Part shown: one piece after another, positions 56,118-64,000 of the stretch
Layout of the letters: each line of letters starts with the position of its first letter
Numbering within the stretch: the first letter of the stretch is position 1
Source: a virus
Taxonomy: Duplodnaviria > Caudoviricetes
IMG/VR virus record: IMGVR_UViG_3300025413_001239
Reading direction: 5' to 3' (one strand)
DNA length: 64,000 nt
The notes under the pieces: model-generated
Told to the model about the DNA's origin: nothing
What the model saw: the letters and a program-made list of their open reading frames with translations, nothing else
Databases searched by the model: none
Made by a program: the position numbers and the translations under genes

Positions 56118-56462
56118 ATGAAACAGAATAAAGAAACCCCCACAATCGCTGAAATGAGCGAAGTAGTGGCGAAATATATGGGATGGGAAAAGAAGAAAAT
56201 AAGTAGACAACAATATGTTTGGGAGTTAAATGATTTCTTTCAGTGTTATGTTGGTGAAGAAAACTTTGATAAAGATTGGAACAGGCTTCACGAAGTTTGG
56301 GAGAAGGTGAGGGAAGAACCACAAGAATTATGGGACGGTGGTAGAATACAAAGTTCTATATTATGGGAAACTCCCCTCGAAACCCTCACAGCCCTATACA
56401 ACTGCATAATATTTATTAATCAATTAAAACAACAAGCAAATGGAAAACATTCTAACATTTAA
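56118..56462 (+). CDS. hypothetical protein
   Basis: ORF track. Confidence 0.6.
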   Translation: MKQNKETPTIAEMSEVVAKYMGWEKKKISRQQYVWELNDFFQCYVGEENFDKDWNRLHEVWEKVREEPQELWDGGRIQSSILWETPLETLTALYNCIIFINQLKQQANGKHSNI

Positions 56463-56787
56463 AGATGATGTCACTTTTAATAGTGAACAAGTTTATTCAG
56501 TATGCCTTAGAGGTGCGAGACTGTATGACAAAAATAAACCTATGGTTATCTGGACTAAAGATAATTATAAGTTAGTTGATACACCTATTAGAATTGACCC
56601 CACTTGCACAGCTACAATAGTTTCACAAAATCATTACAAGTTTGATGATTTACGAGATACTGATTACATAGATAATTATAATATTTCAGCACGATTTTTT
56701 GATGGTTTATTAATAGCTATGGAAAATATTTATAAGGATTTTTCACCTAGAGAGATAGTAACTATTTTAAGATTTAAAATTAACTAA
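56440..56787 (+). CDS. hypothetical protein
   Basis: ORF track. Confidence 0.6.
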   Translation: MENILTFKDDVTFNSEQVYSVCLRGARLYDKNKPMVIWTKDNYKLVDTPIRIDPTCTATIVSQNHYKFDDLRDTDYIDNYNISARFFDGLLIAMENIYKDFSPREIVTILRFKIN

Positions 56788-56789
56788 TA

Positions 56790-57287
56790 ATGCAAACAAA
56801 GACATTTAGTGTGAAGGATGGTACACTTAGACTAGAGAACAACAATATTAATCTTCATTTTGACGGGAAAGATAAAACCACATTACCGTTAGCAAGCACA
56901 GATAGAAGTAAAATTGATTTACCTTTATATATCCTCCCCTCCACCCTTATCCGCAAGCCAAAGACTGATGAGGAATTGGCAGGGGAAAAGTATCCATATT
57001 TACCTTTTCAGATAGGGATTAATCCAAAGGACAGTAAACCTATTATTGGCGATTACCATTTAGAACATAGGCAACATTTCCTCCATGGTCTTAAGGCTAG
57101 AGGTGGTGAGTTTCATTTGACAAGGGAGCAAGTTAATGAAATTTATAGAATGGGTTTTGATGATAGGCATATTGATTTTAGTAACTTTATCTCCTCACTC
57201 ACTCTCCCTATCTACCCTCACACAATCACAGTAGAACACGATGAAGAAAAATATTTATGGGAAACTTTAATACCTAGTTATGAATAA
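56790..57287 (+). CDS. hypothetical protein
   Basis: ORF track. Confidence 0.6.
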   Translation: MQTKTFSVKDGTLRLENNNINLHFDGKDKTTLPLASTDRSKIDLPLYILPSTLIRKPKTDEELAGEKYPYLPFQIGINPKDSKPIIGDYHLEHRQHFLHGLKARGGEFHLTREQVNEIYRMGFDDRHIDFSNFISSLTLPIYPHTITVEHDEEKYLWETLIPSYE

Positions 57288-57555
57288 CACACCACACACC
57301 CAACTTCCCGAAAACTTGATAGTAATTGATAGGGAATTATTGGAGAATGAAATAGAACGTACAAAAAGCGGTATTTATGATGCACACTTGGTATTAAAGT
57401 CTATTAGGGATAAGTCCTACCCTCTCACACCGATATTGGAGGATGCTTGGAGTAAAAGCTATCAGCGTTCTTTAGAAAATACTACATCTACAACTTGCCA
57501 ACAACACGATTTGGAAGAATATTCTTCACAACCAATAACACTTAAAAAGAAATAG
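57280..57555 (+). CDS. hypothetical protein
   Basis: ORF track; ends at TAG. Confidence 0.6.
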   Translation: MNNTPHTQLPENLIVIDRELLENEIERTKSGIYDAHLVLKSIRDKSYPLTPILEDAWSKSYQRSLENTTSTTCQQHDLEEYSSQPITLKKK

Positions 57556-57556
57556 T

Positions 57557-57892
57557 ATGACAAACTTAAATCTTACTCTTAAAGGTAAATGGTTCGATAT
57601 GATATTATCGGGCGAAAAGAAAGAAGAGTATAGGGAGGTTAAGGATTATTGGGAAACTAGATTAATAGTACCACACGAATCAGAAGATGGCGAATTTGAG
57701 CCACACTTTGTATTATTCAAAGAATTTAACACTATCACCTTCACTCATGGATATGCTAAAAACGCCCGTAAAATGATAGTAGAGTGTAAAGGTATTGATA
57801 TAGGTTCTGCACGTCCCGAATGGTCGGATAATTGGCAAGTAGATGTATTTATAATAAAACTTGGCAATATCATTAAAACTGAAAATATATGA
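57557..57892 (+). CDS. ASCH/PUA-like domain protein
   Basis: LTLKGKWFDMILSGEKKEEYRE. Confidence 0.7.
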   Translation: MTNLNLTLKGKWFDMILSGEKKEEYREVKDYWETRLIVPHESEDGEFEPHFVLFKEFNTITFTHGYAKNARKMIVECKGIDIGSARPEWSDNWQVDVFIIKLGNIIKTENI

Positions 57893-58302
57893 GCAACTTA
57901 AATTTAATGGTAGGGGATTGGGTGATATTCAATACTAATAGTAACCCTATAAAAGTTACGGTTGATACATTGATAGATATTGAAAAGTATAAATATGTAG
58001 AAAATAAACCTTATGATTATGTTGGCATCTTCCTTTCGCCAGAAGTGATGGAGAAGATTGAAAATATATCTAAAAATGAAAATAGAGGTAGTAGATACGG
58101 TTTTTTAGATGGATACTATAACATAGATAGAGATACTGATTTAGTTGCTATTTTTGAAGATGATGGTTTATTATACATTTATACTTACGAATATTCACAC
58201 GAGCAATTTCAATTAGTTTGTACTTTCCAATACCTCCACCAACTCCAGCAACTAATACGATTATTCACAGGTAAAGAAATAGAAGTAAAATGGGAAAAGT
58301 AA
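57889..58302 (+). CDS. hypothetical protein
   Basis: LMVGDWV...YLHQLQQLIRLFTGKEI pattern. Confidence 0.6.
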   Translation: MSNLNLMVGDWVIFNTNSNPIKVTVDTLIDIEKYKYVENKPYDYVGIFLSPEVMEKIENISKNENRGSRYGFLDGYYNIDRDTDLVAIFEDDGLLYIYTYEYSHEQFQLVCTFQYLHQLQQLIRLFTGKEIEVKWEK

Positions 58303-58514
58303 GAAATTCTGATATAAGGCAATTTAATGCTTTAAAACAATGGTTAAGATATAGAGTAGACTTAAAGGCACATCTATCTATGTCACGCCTCAAACGAGTA
58401 GTGAAGGGTAGGCATTGGCGAAAGAATAGAAGGACTAAAATTTACAATCATTTTAAAGATTATTATAAATGTTACGCATGGAACAAACAATCGAACAACA
58501 AGCAGAAACGATAG
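58290..58514 (+). CDS. basic hypothetical protein
   Basis: ORF track. Confidence 0.5.
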   Translation: MGKVRNSDIRQFNALKQWLRYRVDLKAHLSMSRLKRVVKGRHWRKNRRTKIYNHFKDYYKCYAWNKQSNNKQKR

Positions 58515-58720
58515 TAGATAAGTATAAAAACTTATTAAAGACATCGGATTTACAAACTTGCTACACGGGAGATTTAGAAGATGAAACAAAGGTAACTGCC
58601 ATCCAATGCGCTATCACAGAAGTAAAGGCGTGTATAGAAACGGCGAATGATAGTATTGCATTTAAACAAACTAAACGTGATAGGCTTAATGATATTTTAG
58701 TACACTTAAAACAAATGTAA
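58478..58720 (+). CDS. hypothetical protein
   Basis: ORF track, start adjusted. Confidence 0.55.
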   Translation: MEQTIEQQAETIVDKYKNLLKTSDLQTCYTGDLEDETKVTAIQCAITEVKACIETANDSIAFKQTKRDRLNDILVHLKQM

Positions 58721-58721
58721 A

Positions 58722-59009
58722 ATGTATATAGAACTAACAAAAAGCGGTAATAAACATTTTCTATCTGTTATGGCAGATACTCCTATTGGTGACTTAGAAG
58801 CCACTTGCTTATTTCATGAAGAAATAAACGAGAGTAAGTATAGGGGTGTTTTGAACTTATCTAATGTTATTGACAAAGAAAGTTTTATATTAAAATCACA
58901 AGAGTTCGGAAATGGCAATATCGAAATTGGTTGTTTTAAGGACAATATACCCTTATTTGATGATTTCGAAGGGTTCAAAAAATACTTTGTAAACAAATTT
59001 CATAAGTAA
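58722..59009 (+). CDS. hypothetical protein
   Basis: ORF track. Confidence 0.55.
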   Translation: MYIELTKSGNKHFLSVMADTPIGDLEATCLFHEEINESKYRGVLNLSNVIDKESFILKSQEFGNGNIEIGCFKDNIPLFDDFEGFKKYFVNKFHK

Positions 59010-59533
59010 TGAGTAGTCTATTAAAAGATAAAAGAGCGATAGGTGTAATCATCGCTAGAATGCAGGTTCCGTATTTAACGGAATCACATAAGGCCACTAT
59101 TCAAACAGTATTTGATAGGCACACAAGGGTTGTAATTTTTTTAGGGGTTAACAATGACGGAATGACTGAAAAGAATCCGTTTCCCTTTGATTTCAGAAAG
59201 GAAATGATTAAACAAACGTTTCCTGATAACGACTTCAATATCATACCGCTACCAGATAATCCAGATAGTAATGCTGCTTGGGTTAAGCAATTAGATACGT
59301 TTACTCGTGCGTTTTTAACGCTTGATGAAACTGCGGTATTGTATGGTGGTCGTGATAGCTTTATCCCTTGGTATAAACTGGATAATGGTATCTATGATTG
59401 TGTTGAGTTGGCACCTAATGATTACGATTCTGGTACCGATTTAAGACTATTAGAGTCTATCAAATTACCTAAGTACACACGAGAATCAGCACAAGCTATT
59501 CTTTGGGCTATCAGAGTATCTAGCAAACGCTAG
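59009..59533 (+). CDS. NadM-like NMN adenylyltransferase domain
   Basis: IGVIIARMQVPYLTESH...NPFPFDFRKEMI...LYGGRDSF...SGTDLR. Confidence 0.75.
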   Translation: MSSLLKDKRAIGVIIARMQVPYLTESHKATIQTVFDRHTRVVIFLGVNNDGMTEKNPFPFDFRKEMIKQTFPDNDFNIIPLPDNPDSNAAWVKQLDTFTRAFLTLDETAVLYGGRDSFIPWYKLDNGIYDCVELAPNDYDSGTDLRLLESIKLPKYTRESAQAILWAIRVSSKR

Positions 59534-59581
59534 TTCATGGTAATTACCATTGGGTGAACTCCAACACACGCATACAACGAC

Positions 59582-60109
59582 TTAAGCAATAAACTTAAAT
59601 GAATTAACACGATTTAGCCATCCCTTAAGGAATTTACCTTGTGCTGGGTGGTGTGCAACGATGTCATTATAATACTTGGTCCTAGATGCTTTGATTTTAT
59701 CAAATAATTCGCTTTGATTAGCCTTATTGATAGCTTCAACACTTTTAGGTCCAAATACACCATCAGCAGTTATACCAAGGCATTGTTGCGTTTTGATAGC
59801 AGCAGTACCCACACCACAGTTATAAGCAAAATCTACAATCATTTCTGTAATTGATTGGTTAGTAATTGAATCCCCACGAAGTCTATCCCAGTAATGTGCC
59901 TTAGCGATGCTCATAGCATCTTCAGCTGTAATAAGTTTAAGGTCATCAACATCAATGTCACCATCACCGTCTTTATCATAACCCTTAGCTTTCCATTCGG
60001 AAAGAATCACACCATACTTAGTCTCTTTTCCATTGTCGCCAGGTACACATTCGAATGAACTTCCCTCAAATTGTACTAATTTAGGAAAATATTTTTTAAA
60101 ATCACTCAT
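59582..60109 (-). CDS. glycoside hydrolase family 108 endolysin with PG-binding domain
   Basis: FEG...DNGKETKYGV...DFAYNCGVG...DGVFGPKS...FLKGWLNRV. Confidence 0.9.
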   Translation of the reverse strand: MSDFKKYFPKLVQFEGSSFECVPGDNGKETKYGVILSEWKAKGYDKDGDGDIDVDDLKLITAEDAMSIAKAHYWDRLRGDSITNQSITEMIVDFAYNCGVGTAAIKTQQCLGITADGVFGPKSVEAINKANQSELFDKIKASRTKYYNDIVAHHPAQGKFLKGWLNRVNSFKFIA

Positions 60110-61196
60110 TTTCTATATATTTAAATTTTTTATTATAAACACTATTTCTTTCACCTTTACATACCTTACAAATACTAGCTTCTTTTAAATTTAAGATATT
60201 AGCCGCATCCCTTATTGTATTAAATATCTGAATTATATTATTTTCATCATCTATTAATGCAATTTTTTTTCTTTTTGGTATTTTTGGTTTAGCACGTTCT
60301 TTATTGGCCCAATATTTATCCCTACCAATTTTTAATTTTTCAAGAGTTTCCTCTGTTTTTGGAACACCTTTATGTTTCTTACTAAGATTTTTAAGATGTT
60401 CTTTTCTTTTTTCAGTCATGATATATTCTTTTTTTATTTTAACTGGTTTTTCTTTTTTTAATCTGTAACCCTTGACAACATAATGAATTTCATTATTTAA
60501 ATTTTTTAAATTTAAATAATCGTCTTTACTAATATATTTCCAATCATAACCCATACCATTTATAGATTGCTTAGATAAATAACGTGTTATCGCACTTTCA
60601 CTAATATTTGTAAGTTTAATTGCCTCAGAAATTGATTGAAAAACATATATAACTCTATCATCTTTAAGTTGTGCAATACATCTACTAGTTGTATTATCTA
60701 TACCTTTAGGTGTGATTTTACCCTTGTTAGATAAACTAATTTTTAACTTTGTTTCTTGACTTAATATTCTACCCTTAGCTGATGGTGGTTTAAATCCAGA
60801 TTTTTTATGAGCTTCACTAATTTTTCGTTTAGCTTCTTCAGTATGTTTATACCCCTTATTCGCAACACTAATTTTTAATTTTATTTCATTGGTCAATTTA
60901 CTAGATTTTCCACCCTCTAAAATATTTAACATTTTATAACCTAAATCCTTATAGTGTTTGATATAATATATCTCGTATTCGTCAAATATACTCTGTTCAA
61001 TATTTAAGGGTAATTCTAGTATTATTTCAAAATTATGTGCATCAAACCCATATTTTTTAATTGAATTATATATTGCTGGTTGTTTTATTGTTTGTAATCT
61101 CCTGTAATTTGATTTTCTTTTAACAAGATTTCTAGTTTGTCCAATGTAAATTTTATTACTTGGCGATGTTATTTTGTAAATATAAGCTTTATTCAT
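60102..61196 (-). CDS. GIY-YIG homing endonuclease with NUMOD3/NUMOD1 domains
   Basis: YIYKITSPSNKIYIGQT; HTEEAKRKIS; FNTIRDAANILN. Confidence 0.85.
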   Translation of the reverse strand: MNKAYIYKITSPSNKIYIGQTRNLVKRKSNYRRLQTIKQPAIYNSIKKYGFDAHNFEIILELPLNIEQSIFDEYEIYYIKHYKDLGYKMLNILEGGKSSKLTNEIKLKISVANKGYKHTEEAKRKISEAHKKSGFKPPSAKGRILSQETKLKISLSNKGKITPKGIDNTTSRCIAQLKDDRVIYVFQSISEAIKLTNISESAITRYLSKQSINGMGYDWKYISKDDYLNLKNLNNEIHYVVKGYRLKKEKPVKIKKEYIMTEKRKEHLKNLSKKHKGVPKTEETLEKLKIGRDKYWANKERAKPKIPKRKKIALIDDENNIIQIFNTIRDAANILNLKEASICKVCKGERNSVYNKKFKYIENE

Positions 61197-61346
61197 AATG
61201 TTCTTTATTATAAATATCATAAGATTATATAATGTACAGTCAAAAAATAAAATCTATATAAATATTTTTTAAAAATTGCCATTTTAGTTGGTTCTAGGGT
61301 TGTTCTAAATTTTAATTAAATTATTAATTATTGGTAAATGTTTTAT

Positions 61347-61418
61347 TTAAGGGACACATTCAAATGAACTTCCTTCCCATTTAACGAGAGTGGGAAAATA
61401 CTTGTTAAAATTTGCCAT
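61347..61418 (-). pseudogene. orphan 5' end of the endolysin (MANFNKYFPTLVKWEGSSFECVP*)
   Basis: 17/23 aa identical to the current endolysin N-terminus; TATTTATA box upstream. Confidence 0.8.
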
Positions 61419-61646
61419 AATAACTATTTTATTATAAATATTTGATAAATTCAAAAAGGTTTCGTATATTTGCAAAAAATTACTTATTATGAATTTAGCA
61501 TCTGATTCTTTGTTACTTAATGCGCTTATGAATTCGATGTCAGGACAATCGAATAAATCACCGAAAGGTAATGACCCAACTAAATGGTTTTGGATTGGGA
61601 TTGGTATTGCTGTTGTAATAATTTTATTAACGCATAAAAAATAGAT

Positions 61647-62168
61647 ATGTTTAAAATTAATAGATTTTTTAGAAAGATTTGGAATTTGATTAGATGGTTT
61701 CCAATTATTTGGAAAGATGAAGATTTTGATGATTACTTTATATTTCAAATACTTAAGTTTAAATTAAAAAACCAATCTGAGTATATTGGTTATCATGATA
61801 GACACTTATCAGCAAAACGTGATGCTGAGAAAATGATGTTATGTGTTAAACTTATTGAAAGGGTTCAAGATGAATGGTATGGTGTTGAATATATGAGTTA
61901 TCATAATCCTCAATTTAATTGGATTGATTCAGTATCACATCCAGATTCATATGAATTGGATATTGTCGATGACCCTAATGATAATTTTGATGAATACTTT
62001 AAGAAGTATCCGTTAATTTATAAAAAAGTTATTAACGACCCTAAGCCAATTTTTGGTAATGATTCTAGATTTCGTATCGCTATGAATATAGCACATATAA
62101 ACGAAGAAAGAGCACATAAGTTATTATTCAATATTCTGCAAAGTGATATTCGTAAATGGTGGGATTAA
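61647..62168 (+). CDS. hypothetical protein
   Basis: ORF track. Confidence 0.7.
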   Translation: MFKINRFFRKIWNLIRWFPIIWKDEDFDDYFIFQILKFKLKNQSEYIGYHDRHLSAKRDAEKMMLCVKLIERVQDEWYGVEYMSYHNPQFNWIDSVSHPDSYELDIVDDPNDNFDEYFKKYPLIYKKVINDPKPIFGNDSRFRIAMNIAHINEERAHKLLFNILQSDIRKWWD

Positions 62169-62305
62169 AATTTAAAGGATGATTTTTAGATTGCTTTCTA
62201 AATTAATTGATTTAACATCACATATTGTTAATCTAGCAATAAAACTCAGATGGTGGGGCTTAGTTAATAAGCTTGTCAATTTTAAGAAAAAAAACATAGC
62301 AGCTA

Positions 62306-62707
62306 ATGCTAGAAAATTTGTTAAAACACATGAATAAGTTAAACGCTGATGGTGAAAGAGATGGCTATTGGGAGGAAACCACCGAATTTGGTTCTTTTGA
62401 TAAAAAGTGGTATATAAACGGTAAACTTGATGGTTTATTTGAGCAGTATTTCAGTAATGGTCAATTACGTTTTAGAATATTTTTTAAAGATGGTTTACGA
62501 CATGGTCCGTATGAAGAATATTGGAATAATGGTCAATTAGATAATCGTGGTACCCGTAAAAATGGTAACCTTCATGGTTTTTGTGAGTCTTATTGGTCTG
62601 ATGGTGAAGTTTATTTTAAGGGGTTTTTTAAAGATGGTGTCGAGTTTGGTTTTTTCGTTGAGGGGTTTGATTCATCAGACAAAATTTTTAACGTATTTTA
62701 TTTATAA
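62306..62707 (+). CDS. MORN-variant repeat protein (YwqK-like)
   Basis: KLDGLFEQYFSNGQL...HGPYEEYWNNGQL repeats. Confidence 0.7.
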   Translation: MLENLLKHMNKLNADGERDGYWEETTEFGSFDKKWYINGKLDGLFEQYFSNGQLRFRIFFKDGLRHGPYEEYWNNGQLDNRGTRKNGNLHGFCESYWSDGEVYFKGFFKDGVEFGFFVEGFDSSDKIFNVFYL

Positions 62708-62718
62708 AAAATTATATT

Positions 62719-63072
62719 ATGGGTGATATTGAATGTGGTAATTGTGATATTTGTAAAAAAGAAAATGTTGTTGGTATTGAAAGAACTTATTTTAGATATG
62801 AAGGTGTAAAGTGTGAATGTCATGGTAACTATCATTTTGAACTTGTTAGGCATTGTCCCACTTGCACCCCAAAAGAACCTGTTGAAACTAAAATTCACAT
62901 AAGGACAAGTTTACTAAGTAAAATTTCAATTGAAAAGAAAAAAGCTATGCGAAATGATGCTACAGCTATTTTCGAATTAAATAAAGGTTTTACATCTCAA
63001 ACAGATGACAACGCAATGAAAGCAGCATTAGATATGGCGGCGCATGTATTGTCATTAACCACAGATGTATAA
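62719..63072 (+). CDS. hypothetical Cys-rich protein
   Basis: CDIC, CECH, CPTC. Confidence 0.6.
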   Translation: MGDIECGNCDICKKENVVGIERTYFRYEGVKCECHGNYHFELVRHCPTCTPKEPVETKIHIRTSLLSKISIEKKKAMRNDATAIFELNKGFTSQTDDNAMKAALDMAAHVLSLTTDV

Positions 63073-63191
63073 TTTTATAAAAAAAATAGGTGCTGGCTTG
63101 GCTGGTGGCGATTGGAATAGAATTAAAGTAATCATCCAGACTGAATTAAAGGATATGGATGTAACAGTTGTAATTTATAAACCGCAATAAA

Positions 63192-63407
63192 ATGGCAAAG
63201 ACAACAATAACAACGACAATTGAGTTAACTACTGAACAATTAACGAGCCTGATTAAGGGCTATTTTAAGGATAAGAAGGGCCTCGATGTAACAAAGGTTA
63301 CCTATAAGGTATCTGACACATCTGATGACCGTTTTGGTGGTTATCCTTCGTATAATCTAACTAAGATTGAAATAATCAATGAGGTTAACGAAGATACTAT
63401 AATTTAG
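63192..63407 (+). CDS. hypothetical protein
   Basis: ORF track. Confidence 0.6.
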   Translation: MAKTTITTTIELTTEQLTSLIKGYFKDKKGLDVTKVTYKVSDTSDDRFGGYPSYNLTKIEIINEVNEDTII

Positions 63408-63455
63408 TTTTGGTGGATTAAATAAAATCCCTTACATTTGCTGAAAATAAAAATA

Positions 63456-64000
63456 ATGGAAAAGTATATAACAGCAATGTTCGCTTACCCATCTGGTAGT
63501 GGACTTCATATTGGGCATTGGTATAATTATGCCATTGTGGATTCATATTGCAAAGTACAAAAATACAAGGGTAATCAAGTGTTTCAACCGTTTGGTTGGG
63601 ATTCATTTGGTCTTCCTGCTGAGAACTACGCTAAAAAAGTTGGTCGTAACCCTAAAGAGGTTACGGAAGAAAATATTGTTTCGTTTGAAAATGAGATGAA
63701 ACGAATGAATACTTCATTCGATATTAAGTTCTCAACACATTCTGAGGAGTATCAAGAGCGCACTCAATGGCTTTTTAATAAGCTTAAAGAACATGGCCTT
63801 GCATATAAGGCTAAACGTGCGCAATGTTATTGCCCATCGTGTGAAACTGTTCTTGCAAATGAACAAGTTAAGAATACTAAAGTAGTGTCTGGTCTTCCTG
63901 ACGATGGCAACTGTGAACGTTGTAATACAAAAGTTACTGTCGTTGAAAAAGAACAATGGTTCTTTAAGATAACAGCTTATGCTGACCGTCTTATTGAAGG
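63456..64000 (+). CDS. leuS: leucyl-tRNA synthetase-like protein, 5' part (runs off the window)
   Basis: manual translation MEKYITAMFAYPSGSGLHIGHWYNY...GWDSFGLPAENYA...CPSCETVLANEQV...EQWFFKITAYADRL. Confidence 0.85.
   Translation, partial: MEKYITAMFAYPSGSGLHIGHWYNYAIVDSYCKVQKYKGNQVFQPFGWDSFGLPAENYAKKVGRNPKEVTEENIVSFENEMKRMNTSFDIKFSTHSEEYQERTQWLFNKLKEHGLAYKAKRAQCYCPSCETVLANEQVKNTKVVSGLPDDGNCERCNTKVTVVEKEQWFFKITAYADRLIE

Noticed and set aside
1191-63956. Numerous 60-145-aa ORFs nested in or antisense to long genes (e.g. 1191, 2134, 8613, 26840, 31302, 45317, 49671, 63418, 63732)
   Set aside because: Shadow ORFs with no recognisable motifs, overlapping well-supported genes.
1-64000. Genome-wide TAG-to-amino-acid recoding (genetic code 15) suggested by the suppressor tRNA
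   Set aside because: Long genes are intact in the standard code and several end at TAG (11964, 20173, 57555, 59533); only the Pth-like gene shows a clear internal TAG.

Overview
AT-rich, densely packed segment that I infer comes from a large (jumbo/huge) phage of a Bacteroidetes host. Basis: dozens of TAnnTTTG(C) Bacteroidetes-type -7 promoter boxes, tRNA clusters, many free-standing homing-endonuclease genes, a GH108 endolysin, and no ribosomal-protein, rRNA or virion structural operons. It is a host-takeover/accessory region. Translation and tRNA-maintenance genes: RNase R, SmpB, CCA-adding enzyme, Pth2-like, YqeY, tRNA-binding OB protein, LeuRS start. Also a sigma70-like factor, UvsE, a TonB receptor-PnuC-NadR NAD-salvage operon, an OmpA-fusion/ABC transporter module, a solo TnpB, and a compact Cas12f-like (430 aa, intact RuvC triad) + tracrRNA + 10-repeat CRISPR array with no cas1/cas2. 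Most novel-looking signals: (1) both tRNA clusters are preceded by the same promoter, then a short leader peptide rich in the amino acids of the downstream tRNAs, then a terminator with a competing antiterminator, i.e. apparent translational attenuation of phage tRNA operons; (2) an amber-suppressor tRNA(CUA) directly upstream of a Pth2-like gene with an in-frame TAG at codon 4, in a genome that otherwise uses TAG as stop; (3) endonuclease cassettes that split essential genes and supply a diverged replacement copy of the displaced gene end; (4) the Cas12f array, whose last two spacers are codon-wobble variants of one target. All family assignments come from motif recognition by eye, not database searches.
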